A stretch of DNA of 64,000 bases from a virus, in the IMG/VR virus record IMGVR_UViG_3300045988_128110, positions 1 through 64,000 of that record. One strand, 5' to 3'. Each line of letters opens with the position of its first letter. Position 1 is the stretch's first letter. Below, one piece after another: positions 1-8,949 of this stretch. A model generated the notes under the pieces. It was not told the DNA's origin, searched no databases, and was given only the letters and a program-made list of their open reading frames with translations. A program made the position numbers and the translations under genes.

Positions 1-48
1 CGAGATTACTACGCGTCTCGTGGGCTCGGAGATGTGTATAAGAGACAG
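1..48. other. Illumina Nextera i7 adapter remnant (CGAGAT + 8-nt index TACTACGC + GTCTCGTGGGCTCGG + Tn5 mosaic end AGATGTGTATAAGAGACAG); non-biological sequence at the contig terminus
   Basis: Exact match to the Nextera read-2 transposase adapter and mosaic-end sequence at positions 7-48, preceded by the P7 primer tail CGAGAT. Confidence 0.9.
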
Positions 49-107
49 TGTATATTCAGCGTTGAAAGTATGTAACAAGATTCGTGTGTTTAAGGTTAAG
101 TTTTAAT

Positions 108-329
108 ATGGAAGTATTTTGAATAACTGGTAGAGGAGCAATATTAAAAGTTTCTGACCGTAATAAAGAATATAAGGTTGGGGAATCTGTAGAGATTAAA
201 AATCGACTATATGAGATAACTGGAATTGAAGGTATGATGCTGTTAACAGAACCTCCTAAAAAAGTTACTGTAGGATTACGATTGAAAATGACTAAAGAAG
301 AGTATAATCAAATAATTTCTAAATTATAA
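108..329 (+). CDS. small hypothetical protein (73 aa) with an in-frame TGA at codon 5
   Basis: ATG at 108, open to TAA at 327-329 if TGA is read as Trp; no recognisable motif. Confidence 0.3.
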
Positions 330-337
330 TTTTACTG

Positions 338-408
338 GGCCATGTAGTGTAAAGGCGAGCACATTTCCTTTGCAAGGAAATAGAGGGGTTCGAATCCCAC
401 ATGTGTCC
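338..408 (+). tRNA. tRNA-like element, possibly degenerate tRNA-Ala (anticodon UGC)
   Basis: Good D-arm (gtgt/aaaggcga/gcac) and anticodon arm (tttcc-tttgcaa-ggaaa, anticodon TGC) and a GGTTCGAATCC T-loop, but the acceptor stem pairs poorly and the variable loop is only 3 nt. Confidence 0.35.
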
Positions 409-526
409 ACAATCTTCTATAAACTAGAGTTCTATATAGAAAGAGTACTGTAATCTGTTAAGGGCTTATAAATCAGACGTTAAAGAAAAAAGTCATCGGG
501 GCTGAAGAGCCCTGCTATGAACTTAA

Positions 527-551
527 TTCCAGTAGAAATACTGGAATTTTT
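527..551 (+). terminator. rho-independent terminator-like hairpin (ttccagta-gaaa-tactggaa followed by TTTTT)
   Basis: 8-bp perfect stem, GNRA-like loop, then a T5 run. Confidence 0.45.
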
Positions 552-554
552 ATT

Positions 555-627
555 GGGACTGCGGTGTGCGTGGTGCGCTCGTTGGACTGAAAATCCAAAG
601 GTGAACGTTCGACTCGTTCCAGTCCCA
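555..627 (+). tRNA. tRNA-Phe (anticodon GAA)
   Basis: 7-bp acceptor gggactg/cagtccc, anticodon arm ttgga-ctgaaaa-tccaa, T-arm gaacg-ttcgact-cgttc, discriminator A; no encoded CCA. Confidence 0.8.
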
Positions 628-715
628 CTAATAGGCTACATACAGCAATTATCTTCTTAATGTATATTTTTTGGATGATAGCGTAGCCTTTCTTTGAAAT
701 TAATTATTACAAAAT

Positions 716-1204
716 ATGACTTGGTATTTAATTTTATTAGTAATCTCTGCTTGTGTCTTAATTGGACAGACAGTCTTATCCTTTATTGGAGGAGAGATTG
801 ATGTTGATATGGATGCAGACTTAGATTCGAGTGACATGTTATCTTTTAAGGGTATTGTTCACTTTGTATTTGGATTTTCTCTAACATTAACTACAATGGG
901 AGGAGTTTCAGTACTATCTACTTTCGTAGCTGTTTTGGTGGGATTGTTATTTACTGTGATTCTGTTCTATCTTTACAGATACATATATAAACATCTTCGT
1001 CAAGAAATCATCTATCAAGATGAAATTAAGGATACTTCCGCACAGGTTTATTATTGGGACTCCGAGTTAAATAAAGGAGAGGTAGTAGTGAAGCTGGAAG
1101 GAAGATTAGTATATGTGGATGCAACATCTACAAAGAATGTTAACTATCAACCTGGAGAATCAGTTATAGTGGAAGGTACACGACATCAAGTAACAATTAA
1201 ATAA
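716..1204 (+). CDS. NfeD-like membrane protein (N-terminal TM helices plus C-terminal OB-fold), partner of the SPFH protein
   Basis: Hydrophobic N-terminus, C-terminal beta-rich soluble domain, sits immediately upstream of an SPFH/flotillin gene as in bacterial nfeD-SPFH operons. Confidence 0.5.
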   Translation: MTWYLILLVISACVLIGQTVLSFIGGEIDVDMDADLDSSDMLSFKGIVHFVFGFSLTLTTMGGVSVLSTFVAVLVGLLFTVILFYLYRYIYKHLRQEIIYQDEIKDTSAQVYYWDSELNKGEVVVKLEGRLVYVDATSTKNVNYQPGESVIVEGTRHQVTIK

Positions 1205-1211
1205 TTAAAAG

Positions 1212-2825
1212 ATGACTCTATTTATCATTCTCGGTGCAGCACTACTGTTAGTGTTGCTCTCAGTAGTGGGAATTCTCTCACGGTACAGAAAATGTCCTTC
1301 TGACAAGATTCTTGTAATCTTTGGTAAGACGGGGGGCGGAAAATCTGCTAAGTGCATCCATGGAGGAGCGGCTTTCGTGGTGCCTATCGTACAGGGTTAC
1401 AGTTTCATGTCACTTAAACCTTTGCAGTTTGAGTGTAATCTTCAGAAAGCTCTGTCTTCACAGAATATCCGAGTAGATGTTCCAACTACTGTGACTGTAG
1501 GTATTTCTACAGAACCTGAAGTAATGCAAATGGCTGCAGAGCGATTGCTTGGATTGACTACTGACCAGATTGAAGATCTCGTTAAGGATATTGTATATGG
1601 TCAGATGCGTCTAATTGTGTCTAATATGACCATTGAAGAGCTGAACTCTGAACGAGACAAGTTCCTGGAAGAAGTGAAGAATGTTGTTGGTGGAGAGCTC
1701 CGTAAGATTGGCCTGCATCTTATCAACGTCAACATCACTGATATCAGGGATGAAGCAGGTTATATCATCGCATTAGGCCAGAAGGACAAAGCAATTGCTC
1801 TTAATAAGGCAAATGTTGAAATCGCTAAGGCTGAAAAGGACGGTGCAACTCAAACTGCAGAGCAGAACAAAATTAAGAACTCTGAAGTTGCTGCAACTCA
1901 ACGTGAGGAAGCAGTTGCGGTCGCAGTGGCAAATGCTGAGCGAGATTCCAAGGTTGCAGAAACTCAGCGTACTCGTGATATCAATGTGGCAACTGCTAAA
2001 GCAGAAGGTGAGATTGGTAAAATCGAAGCTGAGAAGACTGTAACAAACAAGAATGCTGAGTTGGAAGTTGTGCGAGCAGATGCTGAAAAGGCTGCAAACA
2101 CAGCTCGTGTAAAGGCAGACGCTGAAGTCGCTAAGGAGAAAGAGCTTGCTCAGGTAGAGGTCGTTAAGGCTGAAGCAAAAGTGCTGCAAGAGCAGGAACT
2201 CGCTCAGAAGACTGCAGAAGAAGCTCGTGCTCAGCGTCAAGAAGCAGCCTTACGTGCTGATAAGATTGTACCTGCAGAAATTTCTAAGAAAGAGAGTCTG
2301 CTGCGTGCTGAAGCTTATCAGCTGGAACAGGAAAAAATCGCAGAAACCAATGCTAATAAGACTAAAATCGAAGCTGATGGTAAAGCGCAAGCTGAAGCTC
2401 TCAAGGGTGAAGGTGAGGCTAAAGCCATTACTGCTAAAGGTCTTGCTGAAGCAGAGGTTGTTCGTCAGAAAGGTTTGGCTCAGGCAGAAGCAGAGAAAGC
2501 TTCTCTTAAGGCTCAGGCAGATGGTTTCCGTGAGATGATCGAAGCTGCCAAAACTGATCCTGCGATTGCAATTCAGTTCAAGATGGTTCAAGAAGGAACC
2601 TACGAAAACATTGCTAAGCAACAGGTTGAGGCTTACAAGCACATGAACTTCGGTAATGTGACCATCATGGACACTACGAAGGGTGGAGGCCTCACAAATG
2701 TGATGCAGAGCCTTCTGTCTCAAGTATCCCCCATGCTGAATGTTATGAAAGAAATGAAAATTCCTGGAGTATCAAAGGCATTGGAAGAGAAAACTGAGGA
2801 TGCTAAATTTCCTGAAGTTAAATAA
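1212..2825 (+). CDS. SPFH/band-7 (flotillin-like) protein with a long Ala/Glu/Lys-rich coiled-coil repeat region
   Basis: N-terminal TM segment then a band-7 core, followed by an extended AEAKAxA low-complexity coiled coil; GC-richer, host-like codon usage; no in-frame TGA. Confidence 0.65.
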   Translation: MTLFIILGAALLLVLLSVVGILSRYRKCPSDKILVIFGKTGGGKSAKCIHGGAAFVVPIVQGYSFMSLKPLQFECNLQKALSSQNIRVDVPTTVTVGISTEPEVMQMAAERLLGLTTDQIEDLVKDIVYGQMRLIVSNMTIEELNSERDKFLEEVKNVVGGELRKIGLHLINVNITDIRDEAGYIIALGQKDKAIALNKANVEIAKAEKDGATQTAEQNKIKNSEVAATQREEAVAVAVANAERDSKVAETQRTRDINVATAKAEGEIGKIEAEKTVTNKNAELEVVRADAEKAANTARVKADAEVAKEKELAQVEVVKAEAKVLQEQELAQKTAEEARAQRQEAALRADKIVPAEISKKESLLRAEAYQLEQEKIAETNANKTKIEADGKAQAEALKGEGEAKAITAKGLAEAEVVRQKGLAQAEAEKASLKAQADGFREMIEAAKTDPAIAIQFKMVQEGTYENIAKQQVEAYKHMNFGNVTIMDTTKGGGLTNVMQSLLSQVSPMLNVMKEMKIPGVSKALEEKTEDAKFPEVK

Positions 2826-2843
2826 TTAACTTCTTTGATTTTT

Positions 2844-2869
2844 CTAGTGGGCTGAAATACGCCCACTAG
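2844..2869 (+). terminator. intrinsic terminator hairpin (ctagtgggc-tgaaatac-gcccactag)
   Basis: 9-bp perfect inverted repeat directly after the SPFH stop codon, followed by AT-rich sequence. Confidence 0.55.
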
Positions 2870-2885
2870 AATTTAACTTTATTTT

Positions 2886-3283
2886 ATGTTTTCACATTTA
2901 AAAAATTCTAAACTGCAAGGAAATGTTGGGATGGCATATGCTATCGCATTTTATTCAAAATTAGGGTGAATAGTATCTATTCCTATGACAGATTCTCAGG
3001 ACTACGATTTACTCGTAGATAATGGGAAAATATATTGAAGATTCAAGTTAAAACTACCACGCAGGTAGATAAAAGGACTGGAAATTTCCAAGTAGGATTG
3101 AGAACTTGTGGAGGAAATCGAAAGAATTATTGAGCTAAGACTTTCAATAATAACTCTAGTGATTTTCTATTTGTTGTAACTTCTTTCAAAGAATTTTATT
3201 CAATTCCAGTTAAAGAACTTGAAGGAATTAGAACATCAATTTCCTTATGTGGTAAATATGATAAATATAAAGTAGAGTTATAA
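2886..3283 (+). pseudogene. PD-(D/E)xK nuclease (Hjc/homing-endonuclease-like) disrupted by a 1-nt frameshift in an A4 run near 3027-3030
   Basis: Frame 0 encodes MFSHLKNSKLQGNVGMAYAIAFYSKLGWIVSIPMTDSQDYDLLVDNGK, then frame +2 continues (E)NILKIQVKTTTQVDKRTGNFQVGLRTCGGNRKNYW...KYDKYKVEL. The D..D...E/K-IQVKTT arrangement is the classic PD-(D/E)xK motif, and one extra A in gggaaaa restores a single ORF. Confidence 0.5.
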
Positions 3284-3286
3284 AAT

Positions 3287-3381
3287 CCCGACGTAACACC
3301 GTTTGACTGTAAATCAAATCCCCGTTAATAAATTGGTGTAGTGGACTCTGGGGTAGTGAGGTTCGAATCCTCACGGCGGGA
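3287..3381 (+). tRNA. atypical tRNA-like element; anticodon-like hairpin tttga-ctgtaaa-tcaaa (GUA) plus a canonical T-arm and a 3' acceptor strand; the structure is unresolved
   Basis: Perfect T-arm tgagg-ttcgaat-cctca; 5' cccgacg pairs 6/7 with 3' cggcggg; no normal D-arm can be placed; 95 nt long. Confidence 0.3.
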
Positions 3382-3396
3382 CTAATTTATATTGGT

Positions 3397-3867
3397 ATGA
3401 AAATTGTAGATAATTTTATATTCTTCTGGGGAGGTTGGTTAAGTAACTTTCATCCTTGTAGAATAGTATTTGGCTCTAAAGTTTTTAAATCATCTGAACA
3501 GCTTTTTATGTATCTTAAAGCTTTACATTTTGGTGATGTAGAAACAGCAGAGAAGATTCTATTAGCAGAGACTCCAAAGGAAGCTAAAAACCTTGGTAGG
3601 GAGGTTAGAAACTTTGATGAGAAATCCTGGAATGAGGTTAAGATTCAGAAAATGTATCTTGCCTTGGAAGGTAAGTTTAGCCAAAATAAAGACTTAATGG
3701 ATAAACTTAAAGACCCAGCATTAGACGGGAAATTCTTTGTTGAAGCATCTCCCTTTGATAGAATCTGGGGTATAGGCTATGATCAAGATCATGCACTTCA
3801 AAACCAATCAAATTGGGGAGAAAATCTACTTGGTAAGACTCTTACCTTTTACAGAGGATCTTTATAA
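3397..3867 (+). CDS. NADAR-domain (YbiA-like) protein, a putative ADP-ribose/NAD-derived N-glycosidase
   Basis: FFWGGWLSNF, a following SSEQ.FM..KA motif, EASP.D.IWGIG; these are the diagnostic NADAR (DUF1768) motifs. Confidence 0.7.
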   Translation: MKIVDNFIFFWGGWLSNFHPCRIVFGSKVFKSSEQLFMYLKALHFGDVETAEKILLAETPKEAKNLGREVRNFDEKSWNEVKIQKMYLALEGKFSQNKDLMDKLKDPALDGKFFVEASPFDRIWGIGYDQDHALQNQSNWGENLLGKTLTFYRGSL

Positions 3868-3924
3868 ACAATTTGCGGATATTGACATCGTTCAATATCC
3901 GCTTTATTTTTAAAACTTAATAAG

Positions 3925-5616
3925 ATGTTTGAAGCAAAAAAGAAAACATTATTTGCTGTTGATAACAGTAAATCGGCATCTAAATCAGCCTTTATTCAGG
4001 CAGGATTAAAAACTGCAGCAGAAACCACTACAGGTAACGGTGGCAAAGCCTATTCCAGTACAGGGGATCCCTTCGTTGACCAGTTTGGCAGTACATCTAA
4101 GTACAGAGAGATCCGCCCATTTGCAGAAATTGCAAAAGACTGTGAAATTCTCTGGGCAGAAAATAAAGAAGATACTGTTAAATTTATCTTTTTCTTGCGA
4201 ATGATTTGTCGTAAGATTAATGATAAAAAGTATGGTACCAAAGAAGCACAAAAGGGTTCTGAACTTCGTCATGAAGGTATTATGCGTCTCATCTGGCTAC
4301 ATACCAAAGATAAAGAAGTATTCTGGAAGAATGCTTGGCTGATTCCCTTGGTGGGTTCTTGGAAAGATCTCTTCGTTATGCTTCGTTATGACTTAGTTTA
4401 TAACGGCTGGGAACACCGAGTTCTGGATTGGCGTCGTTTTGCAGATCTGATTACTGCAGGTCTTGGCTCTGATTCTCAAACGAATCTCATTCGTAAGTAT
4501 CTTCCTCAGATCAAGGCACGTTCCAAGTGTACTACAGTAGAGGCACAAGCAAATTGTATGATTGCAAAATGGCTGTGTTCAGAACTTTACGGCGCGTCAG
4601 GAGTAAGGACAGATGCTGAAAAGTATCAAGTATATCGTTCTTATGCAAGGATGAAAGCTGCAGGAACAGCACATAGCTGGCAACAGCTTATTTCAAAGCA
4701 ACGATATACGGAGATTGACTTTGATAAGATTCATGGTCGTGCCTTAAACCTTCTTGTACATTCCAAGTTCTTAGAGAATCATAATCTCAAAGAGAAGTAT
4801 CAGGAATGGATAGGAGCTTCAGAGACAAAGGAGGTGAAGTACACAGGTTTCGTACATGAGCTCTTTAAACCTATTTGTAACACTGCTCCTCGTAATATAG
4901 AGCAGCATATCAAAGATACTATTAACAAGCAATTTATGACCCTTGTTAATAAGTGTAAGGAAGAGGGCAATACTACAGACCTTATCGTAGTACGTGATAC
5001 TTCTGGTTCAATGGGTGCAGAAGCAACTGGAACTTCCATGTCTTGCTACAATGTAGGTAAGGCAATTGCTCTGTATTTCTCTTATTTCTTAAGAGGGAGA
5101 TTCCAAAATGCATGGATTGAGTTTAACTCAAAAGCTATGATGCATGAGTGGAAAGGAGAAACTCCTCTGGAGAAATGGTTTAATGACCATTCGGGGTACT
5201 ATGGAAGTACAAACTTTGAGGGTGTTATTAACCTCTTTGCTCAGTTGAAGCTTGAAGGTGTTCCAGAAGAGGAATTTCCTAAAGGAATTCTTTGTATCAG
5301 TGATTGTGAGTTTGATGCTTCAAGTCTGAATAAGACTTCAGTTGAAAGAGTCCATGATACATTGACAGCTGCAGGATTTTCTAAAGAGTATGTTGACAAT
5401 TTTGTCATTTGCCTTTGGAATTTGAGAAATGATTACTACGGAGATACTGCGCAGAATCGCACTCCATTCCAAACTTATGGTGATGTCAAGAATGTCTACT
5501 ACATGTCTGGATATTCAGCACAGATTGTATCTTTCTTAAATGGAAAGGTACAGACTACACGGGATCTGTTTGATGAGGCTATGAATCAAGAGATTCTGTC
5601 TCTCATTAAGATGTAA
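3925..5616 (+). CDS. large hypothetical protein (563 aa) with a C-terminal vWA-like domain (VVRDTSGSM)
   Basis: DxSGSM MIDAS-like motif at about residue 345; no other recognisable domain. Confidence 0.45.
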   Translation: MFEAKKKTLFAVDNSKSASKSAFIQAGLKTAAETTTGNGGKAYSSTGDPFVDQFGSTSKYREIRPFAEIAKDCEILWAENKEDTVKFIFFLRMICRKINDKKYGTKEAQKGSELRHEGIMRLIWLHTKDKEVFWKNAWLIPLVGSWKDLFVMLRYDLVYNGWEHRVLDWRRFADLITAGLGSDSQTNLIRKYLPQIKARSKCTTVEAQANCMIAKWLCSELYGASGVRTDAEKYQVYRSYARMKAAGTAHSWQQLISKQRYTEIDFDKIHGRALNLLVHSKFLENHNLKEKYQEWIGASETKEVKYTGFVHELFKPICNTAPRNIEQHIKDTINKQFMTLVNKCKEEGNTTDLIVVRDTSGSMGAEATGTSMSCYNVGKAIALYFSYFLRGRFQNAWIEFNSKAMMHEWKGETPLEKWFNDHSGYYGSTNFEGVINLFAQLKLEGVPEEEFPKGILCISDCEFDASSLNKTSVERVHDTLTAAGFSKEYVDNFVICLWNLRNDYYGDTAQNRTPFQTYGDVKNVYYMSGYSAQIVSFLNGKVQTTRDLFDEAMNQEILSLIKM

Positions 5617-5624
5617 ACTCAATA

Positions 5625-5653
5625 GGCTCTAGTAGAAGTACTAGAGCCTTTTT
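5625..5653 (+). terminator. strong rho-independent terminator (ggctctagta-gaag-tactagagcc followed by TTTTT)
   Basis: 10-bp perfect stem, 4-nt loop, T5 run, 9 nt after the stop of the preceding gene. Confidence 0.75.
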
Positions 5654-5799
5654 ATTAATAATCTAATTATGGGTAAGTACCTTAAAGATTATCAAATTCC
5701 TGATTATTGTGAGGAGGATAAACCTAGAATGCCAAAACGGCCTAAGAAGTTTAAAGACCAAGAGGGAGGAAAACCTTTAGTAAAGAAAAAGTTCAAGCG

Positions 5800-6102
5800 A
5801 TGAAGAGATGATTCTTAAGAATATTTAGAAGGTTTAATGAACCATCAACTGATAGTTCAAAAGAATTTCCTAAAAAAGTAATTGACTTAGAACAATTTGA
5901 CGATGTATTTATAATTACTAATAAAAAGGTATATAAGGCCTGGGTTATGAAAAGAACCAGTAGACTTCTACAGATTTTTATTTGGGAGTCTAAAAAGGAG
6001 GTAATTATAAATACAATTGGACAAGCTAATTCTAGTGTTATTCCTTTTGGCAAGGATAGCTATTTAATTATAAATAAAAAAGATATATGCGATTACTTGT
6101 AG
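5800..6102 (+). CDS. hypothetical protein (100 aa) with one in-frame TGA; overlaps the pncA-like start
   Basis: ATG at 5800, open to TAG at 6100-6102 with TGA read as Trp; it competes with a minus-strand shadow ORF 5793-6053. Confidence 0.25.
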
Positions 6103-6668
6103 TAGTTGATATGCAAGAAGACTTCATCAGAGGTGCATTAACGGTTCCTGGTGCTGAAGAAATAATTTCTCCTATAGAGAGATTAGTTAAAGAGTATATA
6201 ACAGCAGATGATGCTGTTCTTTTTACTCGGGATACTCATTATGAGCATAGTGATACTAGGGGATTTGGCTACGCTATGACTCGTGAAGGTAGAAATCTTC
6301 CAATTCTTCATTGCGTTTGTGGAACTGAAGGTCATAAGCTTATTAAGGAGTTTAAGCCTTATCTTCGTTCCTGCTATGTAATGGATAAACTAAATAGGTT
6401 TGGATTTATCCAGGATGAGTTTAATGATGCTAAGACAGGTGATGGAGAATATTTATTCGACATCGCTGATTGCATTACAGAAATTACTTTGGTTGGTGTA
6501 GTAACTAATCTTTGTGTTATTTCATGTGCTGTAAGTTTTCAGCAAACATTCCCTGATGCAGATATCATCATAGATGCTTCCTGCTGTCGTTCTAATAATA
6601 ATGAACTTCATAACAAAGCTTTAGATGTTATGGAGGGTTTACAAATGACTATAATTAATCGTTATTAA
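6087..6668 (+). CDS. pncA: isochorismatase-family hydrolase, probably a nicotinamidase (PncA-like)
   Basis: N-terminal LLVVVDMQ.DF motif of the isochorismatase/nicotinamidase family; located next to nadV and nadE. Confidence 0.6.
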   Translation: MRLLVVVDMQEDFIRGALTVPGAEEIISPIERLVKEYITADDAVLFTRDTHYEHSDTRGFGYAMTREGRNLPILHCVCGTEGHKLIKEFKPYLRSCYVMDKLNRFGFIQDEFNDAKTGDGEYLFDIADCITEITLVGVVTNLCVISCAVSFQQTFPDADIIIDASCCRSNNNELHNKALDVMEGLQMTIINRY

Positions 6669-6669
6669 T

Positions 6670-8154
6670 ATGTTTAAACCTTGTGGAGCTCTACTGACTG
6701 ATTTTTATAAACAATGTCATGCAGAGCAATATGACCCTAGCATCACTAAGGTAGTTTCTTACTATGTACCTCGTAAAACTAGGATTCCTGAATTTGATAA
6801 GGTAGTAGTTTTTGGTATTCAAGCATTTATTGAGGAGTATCTGATTGAATACATGAATGAAACTTTCTTTAGTCGTTCTTTAGAAGAAGTTATTGCAGAA
6901 TATGAATTTGTAATTTCTTCTACTATGGGAGCAGACCGTGTTAATTCGGATAAAATTAAAAAGCTTCATGAGTTAGGATATCTTCCTATCGAGATCTGGG
7001 CACTTCCTGAGGGATATAAAGTAGGAATGAATGTCCCCTGTATCGAGATTTCTAATACTAATCCAGAATTTGCATGGTGTACTAATTTCATTGAAACCTT
7101 GATGCTCTCTGAGCTTTGGTATCCAATGTGTGTTGCAACTGCTGTAACTAAATATCGTAGTATCGTAAATGATTTTTATTCTAAAACTTCTGATATTTCT
7201 GGTCGTTCTGCTATTTCTGAGTTCGGATTTAGAAGTTTAGTTGGACTTCATGGCGCTATTAAAGCTTCATGTGGGTTTTTGCTCTCTTTTAATAAGACTG
7301 CGACTATTCCTGGCATTATATATGCTTCAAAGTATTATCATACCCCAATGTCTGTAGTAGGTGGAGGTATGGCTTCTACTGAGCACTCCGTAATGTGTAG
7401 TTCTGCTGCCATTGATGGGGATGAAAAAGTTATGATTCGACGCCTCCTTACTGAGGTCTACCCTAATGGATCATTCTCTATGGTAAGTGATTCCTATGAT
7501 TACTGGAATATTGTCGATGAAATTCTCCCATCTCTTAAGGAAGAAATTCTCAGTAGAAACGGCACTTTGTATGTTCGTGGTGACTCTGGAGATCCTGTAG
7601 AAATTGTAACTGAGACAGTTTTCTCTCTTTGGGAGACTTTTGGAGGTACTGTCAACTCTAAAGGGTATAAAGTCTTAGATCCTCATGTTCGAGCTTTGTA
7701 TGGTGATGGTATCACTCAGTTACGTGCAAAACAGATTTATCAGATTTTGTACGATACGGGATTCTCTGCAGAAAATGTTGCACTTGGTGCAGGAGGATTT
7801 TCTATGCTTTCTTACATGGACGAGTTTGGAAATGTCGATATGTTCTCTCGTGATACATTTAATGTAGCAATTAAGTGTAGCTATGTAGAACAAACCATTG
7901 ATGGAAAAACTAAATCTATTATGGTTTACAAAGATCCTAAAACAGATTCAGGAATGAAGAAGTCCCATAAAGGATGCTGTGCTGTTTTCTACAACCATGT
8001 AACTGGTGAGTTTGATTGTGATGAGGGTATGACACTGAAAGAAGCTCATAATGAGCCTTTTAATTTACTTCGTCCTATCTTTTCAAATGGAAAAATGAGA
8101 GAGCAAACCACTCTCACAGAAATTCGTAGAACTCTTTGGAACGGAGAATTTTAA
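6670..8154 (+). CDS. nadV: nicotinamide phosphoribosyltransferase (NAMPT/NadV)
   Basis: LLTDFYKQCH N-terminus and the overall length and motifs of type II NAPRT/NAMPT. Confidence 0.75.
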   Translation: MFKPCGALLTDFYKQCHAEQYDPSITKVVSYYVPRKTRIPEFDKVVVFGIQAFIEEYLIEYMNETFFSRSLEEVIAEYEFVISSTMGADRVNSDKIKKLHELGYLPIEIWALPEGYKVGMNVPCIEISNTNPEFAWCTNFIETLMLSELWYPMCVATAVTKYRSIVNDFYSKTSDISGRSAISEFGFRSLVGLHGAIKASCGFLLSFNKTATIPGIIYASKYYHTPMSVVGGGMASTEHSVMCSSAAIDGDEKVMIRRLLTEVYPNGSFSMVSDSYDYWNIVDEILPSLKEEILSRNGTLYVRGDSGDPVEIVTETVFSLWETFGGTVNSKGYKVLDPHVRALYGDGITQLRAKQIYQILYDTGFSAENVALGAGGFSMLSYMDEFGNVDMFSRDTFNVAIKCSYVEQTIDGKTKSIMVYKDPKTDSGMKKSHKGCCAVFYNHVTGEFDCDEGMTLKEAHNEPFNLLRPIFSNGKMREQTTLTEIRRTLWNGEF

Positions 8155-8948
8155 TGGAAAAAGAATATAAAAAAATAATATCCTTCCTTAAGGATTACCA
8201 AACTCACACTAATGCTCGTGGTTATGTTCTGGGCATTAGTGGAGGGAAGGATTCTACTATAGTAGCTAAGCTTCTAGTGGATGCTATAGGAAAAGAAAAT
8301 GTATTAGGTGTTTTAATGCCTGATGGGGAGCAAAAGGATATCAGTGATAGTTTAGAAGTATGCAAATATTTAGATATCAGACATATACTAATAAATATTT
8401 CACATCCTTTTACCTCACTATTGAGTTCTATCGAAAGAACCACTCTAGAAAAATCCATAGATGTAGGAATTCCTAATCTTGTTTCAGATGGTTCCCCAAT
8501 TATAATTTCTGATAAAGCTTTAACTAATATTGCACCTCGCATTCGCATGGCAACTCTATATGCGATTGCTCAGTCTTTGGGTTACGGAGTAGCTGGAACA
8601 GGTAACAAGTCCGAAGCATTTATTGGATGGTGTACAAAATGGGGAGATATGGCTTGTGATATTAATCCAATTGCACACTTGACTTGTACAGAAGTTGTAA
8701 AACTGGGAGACTTCATGGAGTTGCCTTATAATTTAGTTCATAAAGTCCCTGCAGATGGATTAACAGGCAGATCTGATGAAGAAAATTTTGGATTTACTTA
8801 TCAAGAGCTTGATGTTCTCATTGAAAAAATGGAGCGATTAGATCGTACAGGACATCTTACGAGTCCATTTACTGAAATTGAATTACAAATCTTAAAATTA
8901 CATGAAGCTGCGTATCACAAAGATCATGTAATTAAAATACATTATTAA
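8136..8948 (+). CDS. nadE: NH3-dependent NAD+ synthetase (NadE)
   Basis: PP-loop GISGGKDST, then GTGNKSE and TKWGD motifs. Confidence 0.8.
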   Translation: MERRILMEKEYKKIISFLKDYQTHTNARGYVLGISGGKDSTIVAKLLVDAIGKENVLGVLMPDGEQKDISDSLEVCKYLDIRHILINISHPFTSLLSSIERTTLEKSIDVGIPNLVSDGSPIIISDKALTNIAPRIRMATLYAIAQSLGYGVAGTGNKSEAFIGWCTKWGDMACDINPIAHLTCTEVVKLGDFMELPYNLVHKVPADGLTGRSDEENFGFTYQELDVLIEKMERLDRTGHLTSPFTEIELQILKLHEAAYHKDHVIKIHY

Positions 8949-8949
8949 T

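Noticed and set aside
1773-2723. Minus-strand ORFs 1773-2240 and 2250-2723 (155 and 157 aa) inside the SPFH gene
   Set aside because: They are antisense shadows of the repetitive GC-richer coiled-coil region. Their products are Leu/Ser/Cys-rich low complexity with no start context, and the + strand gene is clearly real.
2886-3283. Reading the PD-(D/E)xK region as one gene by also suppressing TAG
   Set aside because: A single-base frameshift in an A-run joins the conserved N and C halves precisely. TAG suppression gives a less conserved product and conflicts with TAG acting as a stop elsewhere.
3287-3381. Calling 3287-3381 a tRNA-Tyr (GUA) or a tmRNA-like gene
   Set aside because: With the GUA hairpin as the anticodon arm there is no room for a D-arm, and the variable region would be 38 nt. 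With the T-arm and acceptor fixed, no anticodon arm fits. I left it as an unresolved tRNA-like element.
5793-6053. Minus-strand ORF 5793-6053 (86 aa)
   Set aside because: All neighbouring genes are on the + strand. A + strand ORF (5800-6102 with one TGA) occupies the same space. There is no motif support.
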